Both the position numbers and the translations under genes were made by a program. A stretch of DNA of 54,409 nucleotides from a virus (lineage: Duplodnaviria > Caudoviricetes), in the IMG/VR virus record IMGVR_UViG_3300033475_000030, positions 1 to 54,409 of that record; one strand, given 5' to 3'. The notes under the pieces were generated by a model. That model did not search any database, had not been told where the DNA came from, and saw nothing but the letters and a program-made list of their open reading frames with translations. Shown here in pieces: positions 7,568 to 17,086 of this stretch. Numbering within the stretch: position 1 is the first letter of the stretch; the number at the start of each line of letters is the position of its first letter.

Positions 7568-9648
7568 GGTGCCCCAGCCGGAAGCGGGTGGTGAATCTGC
7601 AGGACGGTCACCGGCTTTTGGTTGTGGGTAGCCTTGGCGCCAGTCAGGTTGCCCTGATGATTGACGGTCAACTCCACATGCACGCGGTTTTCGGCGCCCA
7701 TGCCTGTGCCGGCTTGGGTCTCTCCGATTAGGCGCGTTGGCCCATTGTCCTGCGGGAAGGCACCCGCATTCCCGGCCGCGTCGATCTGCGGAAGGTATTT
7801 GCTGCCGTCCTTCTGGCGGGCGAGGATGGCCGCCGTATTCGCTAGGCGCCACGCCTGCTCATTCTGCCAGGCCGGGGTCCCAGGCGTCGCGGGCCGCTCA
7901 TAGCTAAGCGCCGCATCGGTTGCTTGGTCTGCGGTATTGGCGGCGAGCAGCTTCTTCCCGGCTGCGCCCTCCTTGCCGTTGAACATCTCGTCCAGGGCGA
8001 ACTGCATTTGCTCTTGCAGCGTGCTCTTGCGGATGTCGTGGCCGAACTGCTGGGCGAAATCGGCTTGGCGGGCTTTCCCCCACTGACCGATGCCGTAGTG
8101 GCCGCCGCCTTGGTCATTACTCGCGGTCGGGTCGAGCCCGCTTTCCTGCTGGAAACCGCCGACCAGAGCTGCTGCCTGAACGGCGGACAGCCCCTGGCTG
8201 CGGTAATAGGCCACCATGTCATCGGCTCGCGCGGCCTGCGCGGCCTTGGATGCCTTGTGGGCCTCATAGCCGCCGTAGGCCGCGCCGAGAGCGCCGCCGA
8301 TACCGGCGCCGACCGGACCGAAGATCGCGCCGCCAGCGATAGCGCCAGCGGTGGCATCTCCAAGAACAGTGGCGGTCGTTTGCCCAGCCCCCATCGACTC
8401 AGCGGCCATCTTAACAATTTGGTCGCCAACCACGGCAAACCCAATCGCGCCAAGTGCGCGGCCGAGAGCCCCGAAGGAGGCCGGCCCGCTCGTCAGGCCA
8501 GCGATTGCCGCCGCAAGTTGCACGAATGGCACCGCGATCGAGGCCACCTTAGCCGCCGTCAGGATCGCGATCACGCCAACGATAGCCGTTTTCCAACCAC
8601 CGATGGACTGCACCACCGCATTGATCTTGTCGAAGACATCCTGAATTTTCTTCCAGACGGCAGTCCAATCAACCTTTTGAATAGAAGTGGCAATATCAGA
8701 GACGATCTTGCCAACATTCTGGCCAATCAGCTCGCGGTTTTTGTCGACCCACTTCGAGAAGCTGTCGATCATCGGCTTGAGAACAGGCTCAAGCTTACTT
8801 GAGATCGCCGTTGCGAGCCCTTCAAGGCTCTGCTGCATTCCATTGAGCGACTGCGCCAGGCTATCGCCTGTGCCGATTTGATTGTCAGTCGGACTGCCGT
8901 GAGCCGCGGCCTTTTTTAGGTTCTCTTGCAGTGCAGCCGGCCCGCGAAGAAGCTCGGACATGAAGCCATCGGAGAAGCCGAAGGTGCCCTCGATATTGCC
9001 GATCGCGTTCGCGCGCGCCGGGCCGCGCAACTTCTGGAGATAGGCGCTAATCTTGGTGATGGTGCCGGGAAGATCCTGGCTCTGCTTCTGCCAATCCTTA
9101 CCCAGGATCATCTGGAGCATGCCGGCGGCCTGATTGTTTTGGCCGAAACGAGCATCCGTCGCCGTGCGCTGAAGGCCACGCAGGGAGGAATCTGTTTCTC
9201 CCGCGGAAACACCCACCAACCGTCCGGCGCGCTCCCACTGCGCGAGCTTAGCCGGGTCCATGTTCATCACGCGGCCGGTATTGGTCAGCGTCTGTCCAAG
9301 ATCGGCAAAACGTCGCTCAAGCGCGACGATGCCTGCGATCGTAGCCGCCCCCGTGATGATGCCGAGCGGGTCAACTATGCGGGAGATATTCTGGAAGGCT
9401 CCCCATGAGGAGCGCGTCAGCTCCATGAAGCCTTTGGAGACGCGTTGCACGCCCATGGCGAGCTTATTGCCACCCAGCAGGCGCACCGTGCGCCCGATCT
9501 GTGTTCCCAGGCGCTTCCAGGGCGCCGCAGATGCCGCCAGACGCTTGTTGATAGCATTCTGGGCGCCAGCGATTTTGCCATTGATCTTGTCGATCGTAGC
9601 GGTCGTTTGATCGACCGCCTTGATTGTAATGGAGAAACCGGAGGCCAT
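7564..9648 (-). CDS. Tape measure protein with C-terminal phage-tail lysozyme domain
   Basis: F.ITI.AVD.T N-terminus, Ala/Gly helical body; GLS..QAAA.VG..QQESGL.P...GIGQW..RQ lysozyme-like motif. Confidence 0.88.
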   Translation of the reverse strand: MASGFSITIKAVDQTTATIDKINGKIAGAQNAINKRLAASAAPWKRLGTQIGRTVRLLGGNKLAMGVQRVSKGFMELTRSSWGAFQNISRIVDPLGIITGAATIAGIVALERRFADLGQTLTNTGRVMNMDPAKLAQWERAGRLVGVSAGETDSSLRGLQRTATDARFGQNNQAAGMLQMILGKDWQKQSQDLPGTITKISAYLQKLRGPARANAIGNIEGTFGFSDGFMSELLRGPAALQENLKKAAAHGSPTDNQIGTGDSLAQSLNGMQQSLEGLATAISSKLEPVLKPMIDSFSKWVDKNRELIGQNVGKIVSDIATSIQKVDWTAVWKKIQDVFDKINAVVQSIGGWKTAIVGVIAILTAAKVASIAVPFVQLAAAIAGLTSGPASFGALGRALGAIGFAVVGDQIVKMAAESMGAGQTTATVLGDATAGAIAGGAIFGPVGAGIGGALGAAYGGYEAHKASKAAQAARADDMVAYYRSQGLSAVQAAALVGGFQQESGLDPTASNDQGGGHYGIGQWGKARQADFAQQFGHDIRKSTLQEQMQFALDEMFNGKEGAAGKKLLAANTADQATDAALSYERPATPGTPAWQNEQAWRLANTAAILARQKDGSKYLPQIDAAGNAGAFPQDNGPTRLIGETQAGTGMGAENRVHVELTVNHQGNLTGAKATHNQKPVTVLQIHHPLPAGAP

Positions 9649-9657
9649 GGCGCCCTC

Positions 9658-10794
9658 TTACTGCGTCGGGGTCTGGGCGCCCGTCGTATTCTGACCGGCA
9701 GCGGCAAGTGTTTCGTTATCGAACGTGTACGGAACAGCCGGCTGCGGGATGAAAGCGGCCGGTGGCATTAGCGTCACGTCGGCCCGGGTGCCTTGTCCGT
9801 CTCGGATATAGGTCACGGTCGAGATCAGCCATGTGCCGGATACCTTGCAGCTTGGGATCGTGATGTCCGCAAGAAAATTTGGTGTCCAAAGCTTGCCAGC
9901 ACTATCGCGCCAGCTATCAACGGTGATCGTGACGGCCTGGCTGCGGCCGATACGGCGGGCCATCTCCCACTGCACACGCTGCGGCACCAGATTGTTCTGG
10001 TTCTGCCCCTGCTCCGCGAGGATCAGGAGTGGGCGGTAGCGCGGCTTGCCATCAGCCCGGACGGGGAAACTCTTGTCGACGGCCAGGGACTTGTCATTGA
10101 CATAAGGAAGGGGAGAAACGTCCGTTCCTTGGCTCAGGATAGTCGTGTCGAGCCAGATCGCGGCAATGGAGGTAAACCGCTCGGAGACATTCAGCGTAGA
10201 CTGAACGGCCTGGACGTTGACGCCTTCCTGAAACCCGCTCGCATGCTTTTGCGTGCCGACCTTCGCGATGACCAGATTTCCATCCGTATCATCGTAGAGA
10301 AGGCGTGCATTCCAGCGTGCCACACGCTCTAGCGTTTCATAGCCGGTCTCGGTCAAGAGAACGGAGATGGAAGGGATCGTGGGCGTGTCGCCATCGGGGA
10401 GCGAGACGGTGATTCCGAGCGGCGAGCAGAGTAGATTGCCTAGAGCGCCGAGCGTGCGGCCAACCGACTGCTGTTGCGCCAAGGCTCCGGAGCAATCGAC
10501 CAGATCCTCTAGCTTTGACCGACCAACAACGGTGATTTCGTGGGAGGTTGCGGACAGCTCATAGTCTCGGCCATCGACATAGCCCGTCAGAACGGTGTCG
10601 CTGCCAAGGGCAATCCGGCAGGGCGACCCCGGCAGGATATCCACCTTATTCACGCCGGAGGCGCCGGGGTATTTCTCCGTGCCGATCAGGGAAAAACTGG
10701 ACGGAACCGCTTCGATGCTGCGGGTAATTTGCACACCCTCCCAGCCCTGCCAGGAGATGTCGCCGACGATGATAGAAACGGGGTCATTCGTCAT
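9658..10794 (-). CDS. Baseplate hub protein (Mu gpP/gp44-like)
   Basis: GWEGV.ITRSIE, VLTGYVD, GRSK..DLVDCS, WE..RR.GRS, WRDS.G.LW.PN; ATG 10794 overlaps the upstream TGA. Confidence 0.9.
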   Translation of the reverse strand: MTNDPVSIIVGDISWQGWEGVQITRSIEAVPSSFSLIGTEKYPGASGVNKVDILPGSPCRIALGSDTVLTGYVDGRDYELSATSHEITVVGRSKLEDLVDCSGALAQQQSVGRTLGALGNLLCSPLGITVSLPDGDTPTIPSISVLLTETGYETLERVARWNARLLYDDTDGNLVIAKVGTQKHASGFQEGVNVQAVQSTLNVSERFTSIAAIWLDTTILSQGTDVSPLPYVNDKSLAVDKSFPVRADGKPRYRPLLILAEQGQNQNNLVPQRVQWEMARRIGRSQAVTITVDSWRDSAGKLWTPNFLADITIPSCKVSGTWLISTVTYIRDGQGTRADVTLMPPAAFIPQPAVPYTFDNETLAAAGQNTTGAQTPTQ

Positions 10795-10940
10795 TTGATG
10801 CGCCCGGCTGCCCGCGCGCGGACTTCCCAAATATCGAGATCATCGATTTCCAGAGCATCAAGCTCGCTCGGAGGCCAGCCTAGCGCTATGGCTAGGTCGA
10901 TTCCTCGTCCGATGCAGTCTTCTTGTCGTCGCCCAAAAAA
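10791..10940 (-). other. Programmed -1 frameshift site (TTTTTTG) and P2 gpE'-like extension
   Basis: GGT TTT TTG at 10934-10942; the -1 frame reads FGRRQEDCIGRGIDLAIALGWPPSELDALEIDDLDIWEVRARAAGRIK*, and its stop overlaps the hub ATG. Confidence 0.85.
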
Positions 10941-11200
10941 CCGGACGCGAACTCCAGCGCTTCCATGAAGGAGTCGCCCTCAAGCATCTCGACGGCTTCA
11001 TCATTGAGGCCAGCGCATCGGGCGACGAGCGTAATGCTGAATTTGGTTTGAGCTTCGTCGCTGCGCCCACTCCGGGTGTGCGCTTGAGCCTGTCGAAGAG
11101 CGCCGATGGTCGGCGGATTGACCGTGATCTCGTGAAGCTCGCTACCCTTATAGGTAATAGGGCGGTGAAGCTCGATCGTCTTGCTGCGCTCGCTACTCAC
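10892..11200 (-). CDS. Tail assembly chaperone (P2 gpE/Mu gp41-like)
   Basis: IEL..PI...G..L.EI....PT.G; GTG 11200 overlaps the tube stop; ends FASGFL. Confidence 0.85.
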   Translation of the reverse strand: MSSERSKTIELHRPITYKGSELHEITVNPPTIGALRQAQAHTRSGRSDEAQTKFSITLVARCAGLNDEAVEMLEGDSFMEALEFASGFLGDDKKTASDEEST

Positions 11201-11592
11201 GATACCGGATTCTCCGTCACGGTGCCCATGAACACCACGTTGAACGTGCCCTCGGCCGTGTTGACCTCGGTGCACTCAGTGCAGAACATGGCGTCGCCCG
11301 AAACGGTCTTGCCGTTGATCATGACGAGTTTGACTGAGGAACTGGTCTTCAGCATGATGGCGCTGACCGTGAGATTGCCCGCATCGCGGATCTGCCCACC
11401 GATCTGGCCATATTTCGGCATTTCGCTGAAGCCCTGCGGGCCGCTCTGCCCAATCAAGGGCTCGCGCGTCAGCACCGTCGCACTGTAGGTGCCATCGCCC
11501 GCAAGATCGTAGACCTCGCCGTCGATTTCGAGAGTGGCAAGGCCAGCGCGTGCGCCAGGCGTGCCGAGGAAAGCGCCATAAACGCCGCTCAT
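11197..11592 (-). CDS. Tail tube protein (Mu gpM-like)
   Basis: AG.A.L.IDG, RE.L.G..G..GFSEMP, NGK; follows the sheath gene. Confidence 0.9.
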   Translation of the reverse strand: MSGVYGAFLGTPGARAGLATLEIDGEVYDLAGDGTYSATVLTREPLIGQSGPQGFSEMPKYGQIGGQIRDAGNLTVSAIMLKTSSSVKLVMINGKTVSGDAMFCTECTEVNTAEGTFNVVFMGTVTENPVS

Positions 11593-11616
11593 GCGATTCG
11601 CTCCGAATTATGAGGA

Positions 11617-13089
11617 TCAGGACTTCGTGAAGAGCGCCAAGGCCGCCAAAATTCTCAGCTGGTTCGCGAGATTGAAGGGCAGCGAGAGCTTGACCAATCC
11701 ACCGCCGGCATTCTGGGCAAGCGCCGTTGACGCGAAGGTCGCGTAGTTCTGGGCGAGCCCGTTGGTGCAGTACGTCTGATACCGGGCAATCGCGCTCTGC
11801 AGGATCAGTTTCGACGTGACGGCACTGCTTCCGGCGGCGATGATCGATCCATCAGCCACCAGCTTCTTGCGACCATAGATCGTCTGCAGGAAAGCCCGCA
11901 TGTCCCGCATCAGGTACACGAGGGTGAAGATCGTCTCGACATCCAGATAGCTGATGTCTGGTGCGCCCGCGGCGTTGGTCAGGTAGCCGGTGATGAGGCG
12001 ACCGATCGTGACCTGGCCGGCGTCATTGACGACGAAGGTCGAGATTCCATCGTAGAGCAGGGAATTTTGCTCGCCGATCGTGAACCGACTGCTGATCGGG
12101 GGCGCCGGCATGTTGAGGGCCAGCGTCTGGAGCGGCATAGCCGGATCGGAGCGCAGGCTGACTGCCGAGGCCGCGGCATAGTCGGCGGCGACCCGATACA
12201 TCGGCCACGGCGTATCATAGACACCCATCGTGGTCTGATGCTGGTCATTGTTGGTCGAGCCGAACGTCGTCAGCGTGGAGAGGTTGCCGCGCAGGGCATA
12301 GAACGCATGGCCGTACAGCTGCTCTTCCCAGCTCCAACGGCCGGTCTGATCCTGGAGGACGCTCAGGATCGACGCGCGCGATGTCGCGTCATTGAACGCC
12401 GAGATGATCCAGTCAAAGGTCTTGGTGCCGAGATTGGCGAGCGCGGCAGTGATGTCGGGATTGGTCACACCGCCGCTAAAGGCAGTGATCGTGGGAGTGA
12501 TGCCGGCCGGCGTCGCCTGCCCGGCTACTGTCCCGCCGTAGTTCAGGCGGATGTCGATGTCGGCGCCCGCCACCGTCTTGTCGACGGCGGTGAAGGTCAC
12601 GGTGCTCGTGGTCACGGCTGCGGTCGTGGGGAAGCCCGCCAGCGCATTGACTGCGGCAGCAACGTTGGTCGCCACCGTAGCCGCAGCATCGCCGGCAGTG
12701 ACGGCCACGGAGACCAACTTACCGGCGATATAGAGGGAGAGCGTGCCCGATGCGGTTGCCGTGCCAGCAAGAGCCAGCGTGCCGGTGCCTGCCGAGCCGG
12801 TCGGCTGCGCAATCGGCAGCACCCACAGCTCGCCGAAGCTATCCTGCAACAGGTAGTCGGCAACCATCTGCGCTGCGATCGAGGCCGCGCCATACTTGCC
12901 CTGGGCATCGGAATAGCCAGCCGAAATCGTCGGGACGCCGGCCGTGGCAGTGCCGCCGGACAGCATCGGGGCGATGATGAGCGCGCGCTGGTTCTGCTGA
13001 CCGACTTGCCCCTGCGGTAGGGGCGTAAAGTAGGTGCCGGGAACCCGATTGCTATCTGGATAACCGGGGATCGAAATGGACGCGCTCAT
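11617..13089 (-). CDS. Tail sheath protein (Mu gpL-like)
   Basis: RVPG.Y, GRWSW..QLYGH, DPA.PLQTL, LLY.GISTF, SYLD.ET; likely start MSASI at 13089. Confidence 0.95.
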   Translation of the reverse strand: MSASISIPGYPDSNRVPGTYFTPLPQGQVGQQNQRALIIAPMLSGGTATAGVPTISAGYSDAQGKYGAASIAAQMVADYLLQDSFGELWVLPIAQPTGSAGTGTLALAGTATASGTLSLYIAGKLVSVAVTAGDAAATVATNVAAAVNALAGFPTTAAVTTSTVTFTAVDKTVAGADIDIRLNYGGTVAGQATPAGITPTITAFSGGVTNPDITAALANLGTKTFDWIISAFNDATSRASILSVLQDQTGRWSWEEQLYGHAFYALRGNLSTLTTFGSTNNDQHQTTMGVYDTPWPMYRVAADYAAASAVSLRSDPAMPLQTLALNMPAPPISSRFTIGEQNSLLYDGISTFVVNDAGQVTIGRLITGYLTNAAGAPDISYLDVETIFTLVYLMRDMRAFLQTIYGRKKLVADGSIIAAGSSAVTSKLILQSAIARYQTYCTNGLAQNYATFASTALAQNAGGGLVKLSLPFNLANQLRILAALALFTKS

Positions 13090-13114
13090 GGGGACTGGCT
13101 CCGTCAGGGCGGGC

Positions 13115-13139
13115 AATAAAAAACCCGCCGGAGCGGGTT
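13115..13139 (-). terminator. Intrinsic terminator inside the late operon
   Basis: Minus strand AACCCGC-TCCG-GCGGGTT then TTTTATT; cUNCGg loop. Confidence 0.75.
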
Positions 13140-13151
13140 GAGATGGATGGC

Positions 13152-13334
13152 TTAGGAGGCCGGCTCTTCGACCGGATGCGAGAGCGCGGAGGGCGGATCG
13201 AGCGTCACGTCTCCCTGCGCCAGGCGGCGATGCCAGAAATTATCGGCAACCACCTCCAGCCCTTCGGCGGGGATCTTGCGGCGCGTGCGGGGGTCGCGAA
13301 GACCTTCACCGCCGGGAACGGGGTAAACTTTCAT
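13152..13334 (-). CDS. DUF2635-like small tail protein (Mu gp38-like)
   Basis: V.P..G..RDP....IP.EG.EV....FW.RRL..GDV. Confidence 0.85.
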   Translation of the reverse strand: MKVYPVPGGEGLRDPRTRRKIPAEGLEVVADNFWHRRLAQGDVTLDPPSALSHPVEEPAS

Positions 13335-13861
13335 GGGGTGCTGTCCTGCGGAATGGGGATATCGAAACTGCCGAAGCTTCCCTCCGGCGGATTGACCTGG
13401 ATCTCGGTGAGCGGGATTCCATCCAATGGATATGAAATGAAATCCTGAAACTCAAACCGAACTAAAGCCTGGGCTACTCCGGCCATTTCGCCTTCTGACG
13501 AGACGCCGATATCGCTTTCAATGGACACGATTCGCTGTGCAAAAGGCTTTGTTGACCAGGAATTTATGACGGCGGTTTCGATTTCATCGACCAGCTTGTC
13601 GACGATTGCGATGGCTGTTTCTGGTCCGCCTCGCGCAACCCGAACCATAACGTCAATTGTGGGCCACGTATTAAACAGTGGCAGGCCACTCGGAACTGAC
13701 TCTTTTCTTTCTTTCAGGGCGTAAACGAGGATCACTCCCGTCCCCAAAAGGTCCGTTGTCTCAGGCCAATTTCTGTTGGAAAAAACTTGATTCCCGGCCG
13801 ATGTCTGGTTGAGCAACGCGCTCATAACGGCAGTCCGCATGAGCGTCCGGGAGCTTGTCAT
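13331..13861 (-). CDS. Tail terminator/completion protein
   Basis: R..MR.AV..AL...T.AG..VF.NR.WP; position before the sheath gene. Confidence 0.7.
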   Translation of the reverse strand: MTSSRTLMRTAVMSALLNQTSAGNQVFSNRNWPETTDLLGTGVILVYALKERKESVPSGLPLFNTWPTIDVMVRVARGGPETAIAIVDKLVDEIETAVINSWSTKPFAQRIVSIESDIGVSSEGEMAGVAQALVRFEFQDFISYPLDGIPLTEIQVNPPEGSFGSFDIPIPQDSTP

Positions 13862-14196
13862 GGCTCGTAAGACCCCAGGTTCAAGAGGAGCTTGGCATGG
13901 CCGTGACCATCCGGTCGGACTTCTTTGACCGAATAGATGGAGCCGCGGATGACAAGCTCCATGCCCTGGAACGGCTCAACCGGCATCGTCGACAGTTGCA
14001 CACCAAGAACCGGCTGGCGCGTGGTGATGTTTATGTCTGCGATCATCTCGCCGCCGAGAGGCTTCAACTCCAGATAGGCAGAGTCGAAGACGCCTTGAAA
14101 TGTGCGCGGGCAGGGAGATGCTTCGGCGAGCTCAACCGTCTCGCCGAAGATTCCATTGGTCGGCTGTCCGACGAGGAGGTCCCAGTCGACTGCCAT
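13858..14196 (-). CDS. Head-tail joining protein (lambda FII/Gifsy-2 type)
   Basis: GVFD.AY, P.LGV.LS, Y.V.EVRPDG.G..KL.L. Confidence 0.85.
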   Translation of the reverse strand: MAVDWDLLVGQPTNGIFGETVELAEASPCPRTFQGVFDSAYLELKPLGGEMIADINITTRQPVLGVQLSTMPVEPFQGMELVIRGSIYSVKEVRPDGHGHAKLLLNLGSYEP

Positions 14197-14199
14197 GGG

Positions 14200-14454
14200 T
14201 CAGGTCGGGCGCACGACGCCGTTGACCGGACCACGGAACTGCGGCCCCATACTGGGCTCGATCTGCACGACCCGAGAGTCGTGCAGGAAGCCGGCAGCAA
14301 GGAGGCGAGCATGCTCCTCCACGGAGAGTTGCACCTGAGTGCCGGGGCCGTACGCCTGACCGTCAACCACCAGAGTGCGGCGAGCAGCGATAGATGCCGT
14401 CACCATCTCTGGCTTTGCCTCGGCCGAGCGGGCAGGGGCTTTGGGGTCACTCAT
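14200..14454 (-). CDS. Small head-associated protein (lambda FI position)
   Basis: ATG 14454 coupled to the capsid stop (TGATG); YGPG..V.L..EE..RL...GFL. Confidence 0.65.
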   Translation of the reverse strand: MSDPKAPARSAEAKPEMVTASIAARRTLVVDGQAYGPGTQVQLSVEEHARLLAAGFLHDSRVVQIEPSMGPQFRGPVNGVVRPT

Positions 14455-15527
14455 CAGTTCTGCGTCCCTGCGCAAACGGTAATCGCCATCGCTGCATTGA
14501 CGCGCGATGGGATCACGATCGGGCTCGACTGCATCAGGATGAACCGCTGCGCCGGATCATTCTCCACCCAGGTCTTCGGGGCGAAGGCGAGAGCCTCATA
14601 GTTGAAGGCTGGGTCCATGATCTGGCCGAACGCGCGGGTGCCCATCATTTCCGGGCCACTCAAGATGATCGTCCCATCCGGAATCATCGGCTGCTCGACG
14701 TTGTTGTCGTCGATATACCAGTCATTGTAGAGCCAGAGGTCATACTGACCCCAGCGGCCCTTGTAGACGGCGCCCTTCTGGATCTGAGCGCCCGGATTGA
14801 TCGAGTTCGGGAAGTCGCCCAGCTTCGGGTAGTAGATCGCCCCCTGGACGCCTTCGGCGCCGAGGAACTTCGACCACGGCGTTGTGGTGAAGATGATGTC
14901 GGTGACCTGGGCGCCCGACTCTTTCAGAATGAGATGCTGAGCATTCTCGATCGTCGAAGCAGGGATCGGGTCACGACCATCGGGATTGAAGTTCGCCGAG
15001 ACGCCCCACTGATTGTTGCCGGTGAGAGCAACGGTCAGATTGGAAGCGCGACCGAAGTCAACCAGGGTCGTCGGAAAACCCTCGCCAGTGACGGTCACGG
15101 TCCCGGTCTTGAGCGCAGAGGCGGCCATCCATTCGAGGCGGCGCGTCAGCACGTCAACCTGATCGGTCATCTCGAATTCGAGATTGGCCATCTCGCGCTC
15201 AGCGCCAGTCAGCTCGCCACCAATGCGCTCGCCAATCATGCGGCGGACAGGCTTGCGCAGATCGGGTGCGCGCTTGTCCTTGATGTAGGCGGGCTTGAAG
15301 ATGTTGGTCTGAATGCGGCGCTGCTCGACGAGCTTGCCCTCGACCAGCGGCGAAACGAACGGCGCCATGCGGCGAGAGCCAACGTCCACATCGATCGAGA
15401 CGAACTCGGAATCGCTCAGGACGATGTTCGGGAAGAACTTGTCGAGCAGAAAGCTCTGCGCGCGCTTCAGGTTGGGGACGACCTGAATGAGCGTGTTAGT
15501 GTCATAGACAAACGGATCGCCGGCCAT
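14454..15527 (-). CDS. Major capsid protein (lambda gpE family)
   Basis: FL.D.FFP, RRMAPFVSP, FKPAYIK.K, RR.EWMAA.AL, DP...F..MQSSP..IP.R.NA. Confidence 0.95.
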   Translation of the reverse strand: MAGDPFVYDTNTLIQVVPNLKRAQSFLLDKFFPNIVLSDSEFVSIDVDVGSRRMAPFVSPLVEGKLVEQRRIQTNIFKPAYIKDKRAPDLRKPVRRMIGERIGGELTGAEREMANLEFEMTDQVDVLTRRLEWMAASALKTGTVTVTGEGFPTTLVDFGRASNLTVALTGNNQWGVSANFNPDGRDPIPASTIENAQHLILKESGAQVTDIIFTTTPWSKFLGAEGVQGAIYYPKLGDFPNSINPGAQIQKGAVYKGRWGQYDLWLYNDWYIDDNNVEQPMIPDGTIILSGPEMMGTRAFGQIMDPAFNYEALAFAPKTWVENDPAQRFILMQSSPIVIPSRVNAAMAITVCAGTQN

Positions 15528-15609
15528 GTGGTAAGGCTCCATCTAAGGGCGCGCTGCCAACACGGCAGTGCAAAACGCCCTTGCCTAAGGGGCGGATAAG
15601 GCTCGCCTG

Positions 15610-16335
15610 TTAGGCGAAATTCTGAACGGTGGGCTGGGTGGACAGCGAGCTATCGTTGACCGGATCAACGGCAGTCACCGAGCCCTTCAGGAAGATCGCA
15701 TAGAGCCGCAGAGCGGTCGTCAGAAGCTCCGGGGTCCAGGACGAGTCAAAGTTGATCGCGTTCACATTGAACTCGCCCGCGACATAAGCACCGGTCATGA
15801 CCGGGCCGTTCGTCGCATCGGCGTAGTCCGCAAGAATCGCGCAGGGGGTCTGGCTTCCATCGCTGGCCGTTTTGACGGACACGATGAAGTTGCCGATGGA
15901 GTCCACGACGGTCAGCGTAAAGCTGTCATTGGCGACGAAGGCAGTCCCGCCAGCCGTGATGGTGAAGGCGATACCGCCGTTATTATAGGCGGTTCCCGTG
16001 GTGGCGTTGTTCAGAGCGGCGCCTTCGGGGTCCGTAACCGTCCAGGTGGTCGAACTCGTCGCCACAGCGGTGTAGGTGCCGATTTTCGCGGTGGACGTGG
16101 CGCTGACGGTGCCGATGGTGCCGTTGCCGGTGTTGGTGCCGGCTGCCGTCTGCACGCTGGAGCTGGTCTGCTGCCCCAGCACGGTGCCGCGCGGGAGCGT
16201 CGAGCCCGCCGCAAGCACGATCGGCTGCGACACGAGGTTCTTCGGGCCGGCAATGAGTTGATCGGGAATGTAGGTTTCGGAAGTGATCGACGGGGCCTGC
16301 GGGTTATCACCCACAGTATTTACGATGAGAGTCAT
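15610..16335 (-). CDS. Head decoration protein (lambda D-like) with inserted beta domain
   Basis: YIPDQLIAG, L.RGTVLG, DGSQ.P.AILAD, Y..GEFN; internal T/G-rich insert. Confidence 0.85.
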   Translation of the reverse strand: MTLIVNTVGDNPQAPSITSETYIPDQLIAGPKNLVSQPIVLAAGSTLPRGTVLGQQTSSSVQTAAGTNTGNGTIGTVSATSTAKIGTYTAVATSSTTWTVTDPEGAALNNATTGTAYNNGGIAFTITAGGTAFVANDSFTLTVVDSIGNFIVSVKTASDGSQTPCAILADYADATNGPVMTGAYVAGEFNVNAINFDSSWTPELLTTALRLYAIFLKGSVTAVDPVNDSSLSTQPTVQNFA

Positions 16336-16360
16336 CGAATGTTACTCCTGTGGGGGATGA

Positions 16361-17068
16361 TTAGGCTTCGCCGCGGGCGCGCTTGCCGGCCGCGATGATC
16401 TTCTGCGCAACGCTCTGAGAGCCAGCGTCCGGACGGCTGGCATCGCCCGCGCCGGTCGACGGCACCTTCACGGCCGCCATACGTTCGTCGAGAGAGGGGC
16501 GACGAGGGGCAGATGCCACGGCAAGACCGCCAGCCTTCAGAACATTGATCGCCTGGCTGCGCGGGAGGTCAGTGCCGAAGGCAAGCTGAGCGGCCAGGGC
16601 CGGGTTCTTTCCAGCAGACGCATCGCTGAAGATTGCAGCGCAACGAGCGCGTTCGCGGAGACGGGCAGAGCGGGCGCCCTTGCGGCGCATGTCGGCGCCA
16701 TCGGAGCCGTCGTCGCCCTCCTCGTCATCGTCACCGGATTCGCCGTCGTCACCTTCGCCGTCATCGGCCTTGGCGCGCTTGGCGCCAGCCTTCTTCGACT
16801 TCTTGGCGTCGCCGTCTTCTTCCTCGTCGCGCTCCTTGGTCTCGTCGTTTTCTTCGTCCTGCTCAGGGCTCTCGGCGCGCTTGGACTTCTTGCCGTCCTT
16901 CGGGCCATCGCCCTCATCGTCGCCGTCGCCCTTCTCGTCGTCCAGCTCATCGTCGGCGGCGCGCTTCGCCTTCTTGTCGTCTTCGTCGCCAGCAGCTTTG
17001 GAAGCTTTCGGCGCGCGGCCGAGGAGGTGGGCGAACGAAGATGCGCCCGCCATCAGGGTCTGTCTCAT
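16361..17068 (-). CDS. Scaffold-like protein with acidic low-complexity middle
   Basis: D/E/K-rich tract, then RERARCAAIF; lies between the protease and decoration genes. Confidence 0.7.
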   Translation of the reverse strand: MRQTLMAGASSFAHLLGRAPKASKAAGDEDDKKAKRAADDELDDEKGDGDDEGDGPKDGKKSKRAESPEQDEENDETKERDEEEDGDAKKSKKAGAKRAKADDGEGDDGESGDDDEEGDDGSDGADMRRKGARSARLRERARCAAIFSDASAGKNPALAAQLAFGTDLPRSQAINVLKAGGLAVASAPRRPSLDERMAAVKVPSTGAGDASRPDAGSQSVAQKIIAAGKRARGEA

Positions 17069-17086
17069 CGTGTTACTCCTTGAGGG

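Noticed and set aside
12067-15599. Long plus-strand ORFs (12067-13020, 14394-15599; also 370-1209 and 7924-8802)
   Set aside because: Antisense shadows of well-supported GC-rich structural genes, with no protein motifs
16680-16990. TCGTCG/TCGCCG-rich repetitive tract
   Set aside because: Explained by Asp/Glu/Gly codons of the scaffold protein; not an array
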